Source of the DNA: a virus
Lineage: Duplodnaviria; Caudoviricetes
Strand: one strand, 5' to 3'
Virus record (IMG/VR): IMGVR_UViG_3300037485_001078
Location: 1-63,198 of that record
Length of the DNA stretch: 63,198 nucleotides
Part shown: one piece after another, positions 1-9,104 of the stretch
How positions within the stretch are numbered: the stretch's first letter is position 1
How the letters are laid out: every line of letters begins with the position of its first letter
Notes under the pieces: generated by a model
The model's database searches: none
The model's input: only the letters and a program-made list of their open reading frames with translations
What the model was told of the DNA's origin: nothing
Position numbers and translations under genes: made by a program

Positions 1-230
1 TTTCTACCTACCTGACCAACCCTACAGGCCCGAGAACTAATCCTGTAAATTCTGTTGTTAAACCAAGCGGTGGCGTTTCTACCTACCTGACCAACCCTAC
101 AGGCCCGAGAACTAATCCTGTAAATTCTGTTGTTAAACCAAGCGGTGGCGTTTCTACCTACCTGACCAACCCTACAGGCCCGAGAACTAATCCTGTAAAT
201 TCTGTTGTTAAACCAAGCGGTGGCGTTTCT
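1..230 (+). repeat. 75-bp tandem repeat, 3 copies plus 5 nt; continues from the window end
   Basis: Identical units start at 1, 76 and 151 (TTTCTACCTACCTGACC...CCAAGCGGTGGCG). Confidence 0.97.
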
Positions 231-350
231 ATGGGTAAGTCCACAGCAGGAGTTCCAATCGGTACATCCACGGCTAGAGTTCTTACCCCGACTACCTTGC
301 GAGTTCCAGTTACTACTACCTTGCGAGTCCCGCTGGGCGCCCGTAGGTAA
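3..350 (+). CDS. 3' part of origin-spanning T/P/V/G-rich 25-aa repeat protein (starts at 62936)
   Basis: The frame reads (STYLTNPTGPRTNPVNSVVKPSGGV)n then SMGKSTAGVPIG...PLGARR, with TAA at 348-350. Confidence 0.65.
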   Translation, partial: STYLTNPTGPRTNPVNSVVKPSGGVSTYLTNPTGPRTNPVNSVVKPSGGVSTYLTNPTGPRTNPVNSVVKPSGGVSMGKSTAGVPIGTSTARVLTPTTLRVPVTTTLRVPLGARR

Positions 351-431
351 AAAAAAATATTTAGCATTAAAGATTTGTGGGGTTTTTTTACTTTTGACAT
401 CCCAATCCTTTTTGGATCATGGTTATAACTT

Positions 432-620
432 ATGGACAATCTCAATTTCCCAAAAATGAAAACTAAAAAAGAAATCCCCGAATGCGTGCGCGAGTACCTG
501 AGTGCTCTTGGTAAAAAAGGAGGAAGCGTCAGCAGCGAAGCGAAGCGCCAGTCCTGCATCATCAACGGCCTGAAAGGCGTCGAGGCACGTAGAAAGAAAA
601 AAGAAAACTCCGCCGAATAA
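432..620 (+). CDS. small basic hypothetical protein
   Basis: LGKKGG...NGLKG motif; TTGACA at 394-399 upstream. Confidence 0.6.
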   Translation: MDNLNFPKMKTKKEIPECVREYLSALGKKGGSVSSEAKRQSCIINGLKGVEARRKKKENSAE

Positions 621-624
621 AGCA

Positions 625-653
625 TTGACCCAATCAGTTTCGCTTTGTAGTCT
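625..653 (+). promoter_or_regulatory. sigma70-like promoter, near-leaderless
   Basis: TTGACC-17 nt-TAGTCT, 8 nt before ATG 662. Confidence 0.5.
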
Positions 654-661
654 ACTCGTCT

Positions 662-1879
662 ATGCCAACAAAATATAAGAGCAAGACCGCAGAGCTTGCG
701 CTAGCCGCCATGGAGAGCGGCAACGTGCAAGGCTTCCACGCATCGCTCCCAAAACTAAAACCCAAACCAATCGTTACCCATGCCGACTCCGAAACGCGCC
801 CACATCATCCCTTCGGCCCCAGCTCGCTCAAAAATTTTGAAGCGTGTCCCAGCTACAAAAGCAAAGGCGGATCAAACCCCATCGCCGAAGCGGGCACTCG
901 TATCCACCACGCGATCGAAAAAGGAAACCCCAGCATCCTCCTCGACGGAGAGGAGCAATCTCTTGCAGAAACATGCTTGGACTTTCTTGATAACGTTCGA
1001 CGAGCTCGTGCAGTCTCTGCGAATCTTGTCGCTAGTCATCAGGAAATCTTTCTTGAAATTGATCTTGGCGATCACTCAACTTATGGGACATGCGACCTCT
1101 TGGATATTTATTCTGACGGTGATGCTACGCTTTTCGACTGGAAGACGGGTTTCGGATCTGTGGACGATGCTGAGATTAACAGCCAAGGTATCTCCTATTG
1201 CTTGGGTGCTTTTGCCGCTTTTCCAGACATCAAAAGAATTCAACTCTACTTCGTCCTTCCCAGAAGACATGAAGTTTCCATGGCTGAATTCACGCGAGAT
1301 GACGTTCCTGCGCTCAGTCTTAGAATCTCAACTATCATTGCTAGAGCAAAAGAGCTCGCTGGTAAGGAGTTTTGCCCAACGGAAGGCGTCTGCAACTACT
1401 GCTCTTTCCAAGGCTCGTGCAAGGCGCTCGCAGGTAAAGCCCTCGTAGTCGCTCAGAAAGCGGGCTTCGAGGTTCCCTCCGATATCAGCGGATATGGATC
1501 CGTAGAGGACAAGGCGAAGTTGCTGAAGCTGGCCAACATCCTAGCTGATTGGTGCGACGCAACGAAGAAGGAGATGCTGCGTCAGGCGCTGGAGGAGGGG
1601 GTGGAGATACCGGGCTACCGCCTAGATCACCGCAAGACACCGCGCACCGTGGAATCTCCTTTGTTAGGTTTCGCAGCCGTAAGCGACATGATGACTTTCG
1701 ACGAATTTCTCGGAGCCTGTACCCGCGTGAGCGTGGTCGAGCTTGAGAAGATAGTCGCGGACAAAGCAGACCGAGGTCAGAAGGGTAACGCCCGTCAGAC
1801 GTTGGAGTGCCGACTACGCGACAAGGGAGCGCTCAAGGACGAGGGAGTAATCCACGTCCTGAAGGCGATCCGTAACTAA
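662..1879 (+). CDS. PD-(D/E)XK Cas4-like exonuclease (DUF2800-like)
   Basis: PSS..CP, GTRIH, GTCD, DWKTG, Q..Y and CNYC..C motifs; lies upstream of SSB/PolA. Confidence 0.8.
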   Translation: MPTKYKSKTAELALAAMESGNVQGFHASLPKLKPKPIVTHADSETRPHHPFGPSSLKNFEACPSYKSKGGSNPIAEAGTRIHHAIEKGNPSILLDGEEQSLAETCLDFLDNVRRARAVSANLVASHQEIFLEIDLGDHSTYGTCDLLDIYSDGDATLFDWKTGFGSVDDAEINSQGISYCLGAFAAFPDIKRIQLYFVLPRRHEVSMAEFTRDDVPALSLRISTIIARAKELAGKEFCPTEGVCNYCSFQGSCKALAGKALVVAQKAGFEVPSDISGYGSVEDKAKLLKLANILADWCDATKKEMLRQALEEGVEIPGYRLDHRKTPRTVESPLLGFAAVSDMMTFDEFLGACTRVSVVELEKIVADKADRGQKGNARQTLECRLRDKGALKDEGVIHVLKAIRN

Positions 1880-1907
1880 ACAACAAACCCAAAATACTAA
1901 CCATACC

Positions 1908-2642
1908 ATGGCTACACTAACCCTAACGCCGAAAGGCACCACCAAGCCCGCAGCACCCGTCGATATTGTCGATGAGGCCAGCGAGCTTGTCACCACGTCT
2001 CCAACAGCTCTAGCGACACCCATCAAGGTCTCCGCTTCAGGAATTGAGGGAGAGATCACCACGGGGGACGTAAACACCCCACGCGTCAACCTCGTCCAGA
2101 AGTCTGGTCAGCTTGTTGATAACTTCAGCCCGGGTTCCTTCCTCCTAGTCAAGGAGGTCGTTCTCGCCAAGCCGAACGAGTCGTTCAAGTTCACACCGCT
2201 TCGCCTGAAGAAGTACTACCAGCTCAAGGTCGAGTTTGGTACGTCTCAGGACATGCCCCCAAAGTTCAACACGATGCAGGAGGTCTTGGACTTCGGCGGG
2301 TCGTTGCAGTACGGGGACGAGAAGTACTGCGTCGAGATGGCAGACATCCTCATGGCCGTCGAGGCTCCTGAAGGTGCCGACGACCAGCTCTTCCCGTACA
2401 GCGATGGAACAAACAACTACGCGCTCGCCCTCTACACCGTGGGTAGCAGCTCGTACACGTCCCTCGCAAAGCGTTTGATCACCGACTCGGTCGGTCTTCT
2501 CCGCAGTGGCCTCTACACGGGCTGCTACGAGATCCACAGCGAGCTGCGCAAGAACGCGGCCAACAGCTGGTACGTGCCAGTCGCCAAGTTCATCGGAAAG
2601 CATCAGGATCCCGACTTCTTCAAGTCGATCGCTGGTCTCTAA
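1908..2642 (+). CDS. hypothetical protein, probable ssDNA-binding protein
   Basis: 244-aa ORF between the nuclease and PolA; function inferred from position only. Confidence 0.55.
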   Translation: MATLTLTPKGTTKPAAPVDIVDEASELVTTSPTALATPIKVSASGIEGEITTGDVNTPRVNLVQKSGQLVDNFSPGSFLLVKEVVLAKPNESFKFTPLRLKKYYQLKVEFGTSQDMPPKFNTMQEVLDFGGSLQYGDEKYCVEMADILMAVEAPEGADDQLFPYSDGTNNYALALYTVGSSSYTSLAKRLITDSVGLLRSGLYTGCYEIHSELRKNAANSWYVPVAKFIGKHQDPDFFKSIAGL

Positions 2643-2649
2643 GTTAATC

Positions 2650-2690
2650 GCGACCCGTCGTTTTAATCGGCGGCGGGTCGCACTACTTTT
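2650..2690 (+). terminator. hairpin/terminator
   Basis: GCGACCCGTCG/CGGCGGGTCGC stem followed by a short T run. Confidence 0.55.
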
Positions 2691-2705
2691 GAAAAGGAAT
2701 TTTAT

Positions 2706-5426
2706 ATGATTGTTGCTTTAGATACTGAAACTTATTACGACGACGAGGTCTCCATCAAGACGCTCGGAACGTGGCACTACCTACGTCACACAAAGGCCGA
2801 CCTGTACCTCCTATCGGTAGCCGCCGACAACGGGCTCAGATGGGTCGGACACCCCAAGGACTTCGACTGGTCGCAGATAACTGGGCCACACGTCACGTGG
2901 CTCTCCCACAACGTTTCGTTCGACTCCATGGTCATCGAGCGGCTGCAGGAGCTAGGACAAGCTCCAGACAGCATAGAGATCGCGGAGTGGGTATGCACAG
3001 CCGACATGGCTGCATACTTGGGACATAACCGGAGCCTGAAGGAAAGTGCCAACAGCCTGCTGGGAGTCGAGATGACGAAGACCGTCCGCGACAACATGAA
3101 GGGAAAGCGCTGGGAGGACATGGACGTGTTCTTTCAGGACGACGTGGTCAAGTACGCTCTCGACGACGCGGTTCATTGCCTCAACCTTTTCCTGCAGCAC
3201 GGCGACAAGTTCGTGGAGCACGAGCGTGAGATCAGCGCCATGACGCGCACGATGTGCTCACGCGGAGTTCCACTAGACGTGCCCGCTCTCGACAAGGCGA
3301 TCACCAAGCTGCAGACGGCTATCTGGCAGGCCAAGCTCGACATTCCATGGGCCGACCGCGAAGCGATTCTATCGCCGCTAGCGGTACGTGCGGAATGCGA
3401 GAAGGTTGGAATCTGGGCACCCGCGTCATTCGCCAAGGGCGACGACGAGGCGGAGCGTTGGGAGGACGAGTTCTCTCACCTCCACCCATGGATCAAAGCT
3501 GTGCGAAATTACCGACGCGGAAACAAGCACCTGAGCACACTTGAGACCATGAGAAGCCGCTGCAGGGAGGATGGGACTATGCCCTATGGATTGAAGTTCT
3601 TCGGAGCTCACACCGGGAGGGACAGCGGCGACGTCGGCTGGAACGCGCAGAACCTCCCGAAGGGCGAGGTCTTCGACGTCGATGTCCGAAGTATGATCAA
3701 AGCTCCTGAAGGATACACCTTCGCGATCGTTGACCTCAGTCAGATCGAGCCGCGTGTACTTCACTGGCTAGCGGGCGACACCAAGATGCTCGAACACATC
3801 CGCCAGTGCCCCGACTTCTACGAGGCGCAGGCGCGTGCCATGGGCCTCTGGAGCGGCGACGAGCCACTTCGTACTGATCCCAAAAAACGCCACCTGATTA
3901 AGGGCTTGAATCTTGGCTTGGGCTACGGCATGGGCGCGAAGAAATTTTCATCGGTCGCGAACATTCCGAGCGACGAGGCCGAGCGCCTCACACGCCTGTA
4001 CCGCAGCAAGAACCCACTCGTAACTAAGCTGTGGAAAGACTTGGAGGGGATATTGCGTGAGACTGCATCAGGCACAACGCCGCACGCGGAGTTCGGGATG
4101 CCTTCTGGCCGCAAGATGACATACCGAAACGTGTCGGTGGATCACGGCGGACTAACCGCGCAGATACCGCGTAAAGGCAAGTTCATGCGTCTCGGATTTT
4201 GGGGTGGTGTTATTACCGAAAATTGTTTGTCTGGAAACACTGAGGTATTAACTCAACGGGGGTGGATCAAGATTTCCGTGCTGAACTTAAATGATAAGGT
4301 ATGGGATGGAGTAGAATGGGTTACTCATCTCGGAATAAAAGAGATGGGAATCAAAAAAACCATAGATTGCCATGGGATATGTGCCACTGAAGATCATTTA
4401 TTCCTGACGGATTTGGGGTGGGTTGAAGCTAAAATAGCTTGTCAAACAGCTTGCACCGATGTGAGCTATGGTTCATATGAAACACAATACCATGGATCTA
4501 ACGGGAAAAAATATAGGGAACATGTCAGTAATTTCTTTAGCTGGGAGCAACGGGAAAAACAGCCTTTGGAACATAGTCTGCAAATGTGGGAACACGGAGG
4601 TGAAGATGGGAAAGGAGCTGACCCGAAGAGGGGGGCGAAAGTTCTGCGGGCGATCTTGCCGACTCAACAAGGAGAAGGTTCGGAACATCACCCACGGGAT
4701 GAGTCAGCATCCCGCGTTCGCCGTATGGAGCTCGATGAAATCGAGGTGTCATCGGAAAACTCATCCAGCGTACAAGAATTACGGGGGGAGGGGTATTTCG
4801 GTATGCCAAGAATGGTTAGATTCGTTCGAGAACTTCTGGGCCGATATGGGGAATGGCTATCAGACGGGACTCGACTTAGATCGAATAGACAACGAATCTG
4901 GGTACTCGAAAACAAATTGCCGTTGGGCAACACGCTCCAGAAATACCCGGAACAAGAGGAACGGGTGGAAGAACCGATCGGACATACCCGAGAATTTCTT
5001 AGAGATCGCCCAAGCGCACGGGATCAAGAGGACTACAGTGTACTACAGATTGAACAGGGGGCTTCCTTGGGACACGATTCTAAGCACGCCAGTAGATCCA
5101 AAGAACCAGTTTACGACATCCTAAACTGCGGCCCTAGAAATAGGTTTGTAGTTAGGGGGGGAGAAGGGATGCCCGCGATTATCGCACATAACTGCGTACA
5201 GGCAACGGCCCGCGACGTGTTTATGGACTGCTGCTTGCGCATCGAGGCGCAGGGATACCCAGTACTTATGAGGATCCACGACGAGGTCGTGTGTCAGGTG
5301 CCAGCTGGCGACGAGGGCAAGTGCTGCTTGGACGCCATCGTCAAGATCATGTCAACGGCTCCAGACTGGGCCGAGGGGCTTCCGCTTTCCGCCGAGGGAT
5401 CACTTTCCGACGTATACAAGAAATAA
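2706..5426 (+). CDS. polA: family A DNA polymerase with 3'-5' exonuclease, interrupted by an intein
   Basis: Exo motifs DTE, HNVSFD, YALDD; motif A DLSQIE; motif B KGLNLGLGYG; motif C IHDE. Confidence 0.93.
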   Translation: MIVALDTETYYDDEVSIKTLGTWHYLRHTKADLYLLSVAADNGLRWVGHPKDFDWSQITGPHVTWLSHNVSFDSMVIERLQELGQAPDSIEIAEWVCTADMAAYLGHNRSLKESANSLLGVEMTKTVRDNMKGKRWEDMDVFFQDDVVKYALDDAVHCLNLFLQHGDKFVEHEREISAMTRTMCSRGVPLDVPALDKAITKLQTAIWQAKLDIPWADREAILSPLAVRAECEKVGIWAPASFAKGDDEAERWEDEFSHLHPWIKAVRNYRRGNKHLSTLETMRSRCREDGTMPYGLKFFGAHTGRDSGDVGWNAQNLPKGEVFDVDVRSMIKAPEGYTFAIVDLSQIEPRVLHWLAGDTKMLEHIRQCPDFYEAQARAMGLWSGDEPLRTDPKKRHLIKGLNLGLGYGMGAKKFSSVANIPSDEAERLTRLYRSKNPLVTKLWKDLEGILRETASGTTPHAEFGMPSGRKMTYRNVSVDHGGLTAQIPRKGKFMRLGFWGGVITENCLSGNTEVLTQRGWIKISVLNLNDKVWDGVEWVTHLGIKEMGIKKTIDCHGICATEDHLFLTDLGWVEAKIACQTACTDVSYGSYETQYHGSNGKKYREHVSNFFSWEQREKQPLEHSLQMWEHGGEDGKGADPKRGAKVLRAILPTQQGEGSEHHPRDESASRVRRMELDEIEVSSENSSSVQELRGEGYFGMPRMVRFVRELLGRYGEWLSDGTRLRSNRQRIWVLENKLPLGNTLQKYPEQEERVEEPIGHTREFLRDRPSARDQEDYSVLQIEQGASLGHDSKHASRSKEPVYDILNCGPRNRFVVRGGEGMPAIIAHNCVQATARDVFMDCCLRIEAQGYPVLMRIHDEVVCQVPAGDEGKCCLDAIVKIMSTAPDWAEGLPLSAEGSLSDVYKK
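4224..5192 (+). mobile_element. intein (323 aa) in PolA
   Basis: Starts CLSGNTEVLTQRGW, block B ATEDH, block F VYDILN, ends HN followed by Cys; removal restores GVITEN-CVQATARD. Confidence 0.92.
4468..5124 (+). CDS. HNH-type homing endonuclease overprinted in the +1 frame within the intein (start may be 4477 or 4492)
   Basis: DLTGK..G, CKCGN, THGMS, W.SMKSRC, YKNYGGRGISVC.EW, LDRIDN..GY...NCRWAT...N..N motifs. Confidence 0.88.
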   Translation: MVHMKHNTMDLTGKNIGNMSVISLAGSNGKNSLWNIVCKCGNTEVKMGKELTRRGGRKFCGRSCRLNKEKVRNITHGMSQHPAFAVWSSMKSRCHRKTHPAYKNYGGRGISVCQEWLDSFENFWADMGNGYQTGLDLDRIDNESGYSKTNCRWATRSRNTRNKRNGWKNRSDIPENFLEIAQAHGIKRTTVYYRLNRGLPWDTILSTPVDPKNQFTTS

Positions 5427-5428
5427 TT

Positions 5429-5722
5429 ATGAGCTGCGCTAAGAAAAAAGTTCTCTGTTTCCTGATCTCCGAGGATTTAGAGGTTTTCATCGGAGAGAAC
5501 ACGTGCTTGAATCCCCAACCCGCTTGCCCGCGAGAGAAAGGCGAGGGGTACGAAAAATGCAAATCAATCTGCCAACAAACCGCCCACGCCGAGGTCAACG
5601 CAATCGCGCTGGCTGGAGCAAAGGCCAAGGGTGCCAAGGCATTCGTGCTTCACAAGCGCGTGTGCTGCGACTGCCAAGATGCGCTTGAGCAGGCTGGAGT
5701 AAAGTCAGTAACGCTAGTCTAA
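5429..5722 (+). CDS. cytidine/dCMP deaminase-like zinc protein
   Basis: HAEVNAI and C..C (VCCDC) motifs; ATG 2 nt after the polA stop. Confidence 0.75.
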   Translation: MSCAKKKVLCFLISEDLEVFIGENTCLNPQPACPREKGEGYEKCKSICQQTAHAEVNAIALAGAKAKGAKAFVLHKRVCCDCQDALEQAGVKSVTLV

Positions 5723-5746
5723 ACACACACACACACACACACACAC
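5723..5746 (+). repeat. (AC)12 microsatellite
   Basis: Perfect dinucleotide run ending 8 nt before ATG 5755. Confidence 0.95.
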
Positions 5747-5754
5747 CGACCCAT

Positions 5755-7938
5755 ATGAAGTTATTCTCACTAAAAAACCTAGTCACACACGAGATCCTCG
5801 AAACCGACGACCTGTACTTAGCAGGCACCGAGAACCCTCGCAACCTGCTAGACACGCCCCTCAAGACCAAGGAGGAGTACTCGAACTGGTGCGCCGACGC
5901 CACGACCAACGGCGTATTCCTCTCAGCTGTGGAGGGCGTCAATCCTCACGATCGAGTGAAGGACAGCAACCCAGCGAAACGGCTACACGGCATCATCGGC
6001 GACTACGACGCGGAGACCGCCATGGACAACATCGACAAGCTCTCGAAGAGCACCGCGTACATGCCAGCGTATATCGTCAGCACGTTTACGCCGGGCAAGG
6101 TGCGCCTGATCTGGATCTTCGAGGCTCCAGTCAACGTGCTCAACGAAGCAATCACCGAGAAGTTCCTACAGGAGCTGAACAAGGCCGTCCGTATCTCGTC
6201 GGCGTTGCCCGGATTCGACAAGAAGAGCTTCGAGCTCAACCAGTACTTCGAGATGGGCACGCAGTGGAACGCGGTGACGATTGAGGACAAGGCTCCAGTG
6301 CTTCCCTCCACGCTGCTTGAGACCTGCCTGCTGCAGGGCGCTGAGAAGGCGAAGATACAGCCCACAGACGCGCCCCTGATACCGATCGAGATCGTCGCGG
6401 CGGAGGTAGAGATCCAGTTCCCCAACCGCGTTCAGGGCACGTTCGAGATCGGAAAGAAGCAGCCCCTGTTCTGGATCAACGACGGCATCGATCGCCTCGC
6501 TTCCGTAGTCTCGGAGAACGGGATGGTGATCTATTCAGACCGAGAGGGAACCAACTTCAAGACGTGGCGTCAGATCTTGGGCGGAAAGTTCGTCGAGCGC
6601 TTCGAGCAGGAGCAGACTGGAAAGGCGGCTCAGATGTTCTGGTTCGATGGCAAGACGTACTGGACGAAGCACCACGCCGAGAACTTCGTGTACCTCGCCA
6701 AGGAGGACGCAAAGCTGCACCTGCGCGGAGCTGGGGTCAACGATCGCCCGCAGCGCGGACAGCAGGTAAGCGACGTGGAGCGTGTGCTCATTCACGTGCA
6801 GACTCAGCGCCGAGTATCCGCAGCCGTCCCCATCCTGTTCTCCCCAGACGAGACCGTGGACTTCGGTGGAGAGCGATACCTGAACATCAGCAACAAGCGC
6901 GTCACGCAACCAGCCGCCAGCGCGTCGGTGGATCAGTTTCCATGGATTCACGACTTCATTACGAACGCGTTTGACGGCGAATTTGAGGGCGTGCCAGCGT
7001 ACGAGTACTTCCTTGGATGGTTTAGGAGATTCTACGAGTCGGCGCTGAACTGTAGGCCGCTGCCGGGTCAAGTCATCATCATCGCTGGAGACGCGCACAC
7101 GGGCAAATCCTTCATCAACAAGTGGCTCATCGGCGAGGCGCTTGGTGGATCAGTTGACGCGGAGCCGCTCCTCATGAAGGAGACCAGCTTCAACAAGCAG
7201 GGCGCTGAGTGTGCTCTATGGCGCTGCGACGACGCCGCGACCGACGGCAACTGGAAGACCCGCGAGATGTTCACGAAGAGCCTCAAGCAGATGGCCGCAA
7301 ACCCTAGCCAGCTGTACCAGCCAAAGTTCCGAGACAGCGTCGAGCTCCCCTTCTTGGGGCGCGTCGTAGTTACCTGCAACGTCGATCCTGAGTCGCTGAG
7401 AATCCTCCCGACTCTTGACGGCACGATCCGCGACAAGATCATGCTATTCAAGCTGAAGGAGGGGTACCGCCCGCACTTCCATGGAACCAACTACGACAAC
7501 GAGCAGCGCATGTGCCGCGAGCTTCCCTTCTTCCTGCGTTGGCTACTCGATCGCGAGATGCCAGAGACCATCATCGATCCAGTTTTCAAACGTTTCGGAG
7601 TGAAGTCATTTCATCACGCGGAGCTAGTCACCGTGGCACAAACTACGCAGAGCGAGTACGTGTTCTCGGAGATCCTTGACGCGTGGCTCAACGCGAAGCG
7701 CGAGGAGAAGGTCAAGCAGGTCGAGGTGACGGCCACCGAGCTCAGGACGCAACTCGCGGCGGTGCTGGGTCAGGGCGCTGATCTCAGCAACTTCAAGACC
7801 GTCTCGATCGGAAAGCAGCTATCGAAGTTGATGCAGCAAGACATGGTACGAGAGCTCAAGGGCAAGCGGATGCTGGACGGCAAGGTCAAGTACCAGTTCG
7901 TCTTTACGGACGCGCCACCAGTCGAGCAGCCGTTCTAA
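5755..7938 (+). CDS. primase-helicase (N-terminal primase-like domain, C-terminal P-loop NTPase)
   Basis: GIIGDYD motif; Walker A GDAHTGKS; Walker B-like WRCDD; VTCN. Confidence 0.75.
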   Translation: MKLFSLKNLVTHEILETDDLYLAGTENPRNLLDTPLKTKEEYSNWCADATTNGVFLSAVEGVNPHDRVKDSNPAKRLHGIIGDYDAETAMDNIDKLSKSTAYMPAYIVSTFTPGKVRLIWIFEAPVNVLNEAITEKFLQELNKAVRISSALPGFDKKSFELNQYFEMGTQWNAVTIEDKAPVLPSTLLETCLLQGAEKAKIQPTDAPLIPIEIVAAEVEIQFPNRVQGTFEIGKKQPLFWINDGIDRLASVVSENGMVIYSDREGTNFKTWRQILGGKFVERFEQEQTGKAAQMFWFDGKTYWTKHHAENFVYLAKEDAKLHLRGAGVNDRPQRGQQVSDVERVLIHVQTQRRVSAAVPILFSPDETVDFGGERYLNISNKRVTQPAASASVDQFPWIHDFITNAFDGEFEGVPAYEYFLGWFRRFYESALNCRPLPGQVIIIAGDAHTGKSFINKWLIGEALGGSVDAEPLLMKETSFNKQGAECALWRCDDAATDGNWKTREMFTKSLKQMAANPSQLYQPKFRDSVELPFLGRVVVTCNVDPESLRILPTLDGTIRDKIMLFKLKEGYRPHFHGTNYDNEQRMCRELPFFLRWLLDREMPETIIDPVFKRFGVKSFHHAELVTVAQTTQSEYVFSEILDAWLNAKREEKVKQVEVTATELRTQLAAVLGQGADLSNFKTVSIGKQLSKLMQQDMVRELKGKRMLDGKVKYQFVFTDAPPVEQPF

Positions 7939-7962
7939 AAAATTTGGCGTCGGTAGTGTGTG

Positions 7963-8006
7963 AGGGGCTCCAGTCGTTTTCATCTGCGGCTGGGGCCCCT
8001 TTGTTT
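7963..8006 (+). terminator. intrinsic terminator
   Basis: AGGGGCTCCAGTCG/CGGCTGGGGCCCCT stem then TTGTTT. Confidence 0.65.
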
Positions 8007-8075
8007 ATGCGGGTCTAGGAGGCATAAAAATAATTAAAACTTTTTGTTGCAACCTAAGCGGATTCGTATATCTTC
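8003..8075 (+). promoter_or_regulatory. conserved phage early promoter, copy 1
   Basis: GTTTATGCGGGTC...AAAATAATTAAAACTTTTTGTTGCAACCTAAGCGGATT, shared with 55329 and 56690. Confidence 0.7.
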
Positions 8076-8120
8076 ATTCCTAGACAGCAACAACAACCCA
8101 AACCAAAGGAACCCAATCCA

Positions 8121-8465
8121 GTGAACAACACCCACACCACCATCACCGACTTCGTCGCCCCCATCAACACCGTCTACTCCGAGTTGTACGAGCCCGCGCC
8201 GGGCGTCAACTTTGAAGACTTCGTTGAAGGGTTCGTCGAGCGCCTTCACGAGACGTTTCGGTACAACGCCAGATTCGACACCTACGACCGCTGGGACGGG
8301 AACGAGCGTTTCCTCCTCAACGGCGACTGGGGCTCCCTCTGCATCAAGGACGACGGGAGAGCACTCGCTCTGTTCTACGTGGCGCACAGCCGGGAGAGCA
8401 TCGATCAGGCAACTCAGGAGGCTGAATTTTGTCAGGAAATCGGGGAGTATCTTTTTACAAAATAA
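8121..8465 (+). CDS. hypothetical protein
   Basis: First ORF after the promoter; A/C-rich leader. Confidence 0.65.
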   Translation: MNNTHTTITDFVAPINTVYSELYEPAPGVNFEDFVEGFVERLHETFRYNARFDTYDRWDGNERFLLNGDWGSLCIKDDGRALALFYVAHSRESIDQATQEAEFCQEIGEYLFTK

Positions 8466-8645
8466 ATCTGTACAACCGAACCAGATTTGCAATTATCACA
8501 CACCACACCATGAACGAAACCAACACACTACTCAGCCACGTTGAAGCTCTGCTGCACGTCTGCATCAATCAGGCGCAACGCCACGACCTCGACAAGATAC
8601 ACAGTCTCTAATCACCAACACACACACCAACAACACACTACTACC

Positions 8646-9104
8646 ATGGGATACACACACTACTACAAATTCAACAGGGCCGCGCTGACGTCAGCGGAAA
8701 TTGCAACGGGCTTCGCGCTTGCTGCCAAGGAGATCAAGACACTCAAGCGTTATCTTCCCAAGGAGATCAAGATCCGGGGTGGGCTAGGGACGGGAGCTGC
8801 GGCCATCAACGACGAAGAGATCTGGTTCAATGGCGACTCCAAGTTCGACCTTGACCACGAGAGCTTCAGCGTAAAGCGCGATTCCAGTCCTTTATACCCA
8901 GAGCGTGACAACGGCTTCTGCAAGACGGCACGCAAGCCGTACGACGTCCTCGTGTGCTGCGCGTTGATAAGCCTGAAGCGCCACCTGCCCGGTGCCTTCA
9001 GCTTCACCAGCGACGGCGACAAGGACGACTGGGCCAGCGCCATCGCGTTCTACAACGCCAATACAGGCGGTCAACACGGCACCAACAACACCCTGCACCT
9101 GTAA
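8646..9104 (+). CDS. conserved phage hypothetical protein (MGYTHY/CKTARKPYD type)
   Basis: MGYTHYY, IWFNG, FCKTARKPYD and SDGD motifs. Confidence 0.75.
   Translation: MGYTHYYKFNRAALTSAEIATGFALAAKEIKTLKRYLPKEIKIRGGLGTGAAAINDEEIWFNGDSKFDLDHESFSVKRDSSPLYPERDNGFCKTARKPYDVLVCCALISLKRHLPGAFSFTSDGDKDDWASAIAFYNANTGGQHGTNNTLHL

Noticed and set aside
61-71. AAACCAAGCGG in the repeat resembles the promoter motif AACCTAAGCGG
   Set aside because: One base shorter and explained by the codons for KPSG; probably coincidence.
1-230. CRISPR array
   Set aside because: Units are contiguous and identical with no unique spacers. The Cas4-like gene nearby is a common phage replication-module nuclease.
158-625. 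Minus-strand 155-aa ORF, and minus-strand ORFs generally
   Set aside because: They shadow better-supported + strand genes and show no recognisable motifs.
4224-5192. Group I intron or frameshift error in polA
   Set aside because: The polA frame is uninterrupted and the insert has intein terminal motifs.
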